48,394 nucleotides of DNA, taken from assembly GCF_001194135.2 (NCBI RefSeq), contig NC_069002.1:766466-814859 (forward strand). The letters run 5' to 3'. The notes under the pieces are model-generated. The model was not told the DNA's origin. It saw nothing but the letters and a program-made list of their open reading frames with translations, and did not search any database. Positions 47,600 through 48,394 of this stretch are shown here, piece after piece. The stretch's first letter is position 1, and each line of letters begins with the position of its first letter. The DNA is from Octopus bimaculoides (Eukaryota). The position numbers and the translations under genes were made by a program.

Positions 47600-47765
47600 T
47601 TAATAGATCTTTTCACTTTAATTTACATTATTTACATTTGACGGATATTTGTCTTCATCTTTTTTGTTGTTAACACAACGTTTCGGCTGATATATCATCC
47701 AGCCTTCATCAGGTGTCTTGGGGAAATTTCGAACCTGGGTTCTCATTCCTAAGGTACTTTTCAGC
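47600..47765 (-). mobile_element. Penelope-like terminal repeat fragment carrying a hammerhead
   Basis: The minus strand reads TACCTTAGGAATGAGAACCCAGGTTCGAAATTTCCCCAAGACAC, then the hammerhead, then AACAACAAAAAAGATGAAGAC. The classification is inferred from the known association of minimal hammerheads with Penelope-like elements. Confidence 0.6.
47672..47717 (-). ncRNA. Minimal type I hammerhead ribozyme motif with intact core
   Basis: Minus strand: GACAC-CTGATGA-A-GGCTG(GATGATATAT)CAGCC-GAA-ACGT-T^GTGTT. Stem I has 5 bp including one G-U, and stem III is the palindrome ACGT. Confidence 0.78.
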
Positions 47766-48394
47766 CGTGATGGATATGTAATACTGTACACTTCGGGTAT
47801 TACATGTGTGCGTGTCTCTGTGTGTGTGTGTGTATGTGTGTGTGTGCGTGCGTGCGCATGTATGTGTGTATGCGCTTTCACTAAACGAATTTTCCCGTTA
47901 CTCACGTACTTTCAGCGTTACTCGCAGCCAGAGACATACCCACGCTCGCGCTTTAACATTCACACACATACAAGCAGTATAAATATATATTTCAACATAT
48001 ACAAAAACAAAACAAAAACAAACAAAAAAATCTGTGAATATGATCAATTTTTTTAGAATTAAATGAGTTTGCAATTAATACACAACATACTAATTAATGA
48101 ATTGGAGTGTATTAATTGCCAGAAACCGTGCCCGCCCGCGCGAGCGTGTCTTCAAACTTCGTATACATACATACACACACATATATAAATACATACATAA
48201 TACATATGTGTGTGGGTGTGTGTGTGTATATGTGTGCCCATACATACATATATGGTATATAATGCCTATGTGATGGCGGAATCTGTGTTTCTAATCCAGA
48301 ATTATGCACTCACAATTTTATATATTAATCAAACGAAATCCATATTTAAAAAGAAATGTTTGCGTATATATGTATTATATATATATATATATAT

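Overview
This is non-coding, repeat-saturated eukaryotic DNA, most likely from an octopus. That assignment is an inference from the very high TA/CA/GA/TATG/trinucleotide microsatellite load and tRNA-derived SINE families resembling those of Octopus. About 3.5 kb of the window is N, in 12 gaps mostly flanked by TA/GA/CA arrays. I found no supportable host-gene exon. The recognisable coding remnants are all decayed transposons: four mariner-type pieces (DD34D spacing countable in one; one is a 216-bp MITE), a DD41D element, two RTE LINE fragments and two R4/Dong-like fragments (one with a restriction-like endonuclease motif). A Tc2-like MITE, hAT-like ends and more than 25 SINE copies or fragments are also present. 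The most interesting signals are RNA structures. A minimal type I hammerhead ribozyme sits at the tip of a ~125-nt rod inside a ~240-nt hairpin-rich element (36556-36797, minus strand), a retrozyme or Penelope-LTR candidate. A second hammerhead has an intact core (47672-47717, minus), and a third is a non-canonical variant (10649-10685). There are also two long imperfect palindromes (9246-9623 and 6183-6370). Several retroelement families show consistent microsatellite contexts at their ends.
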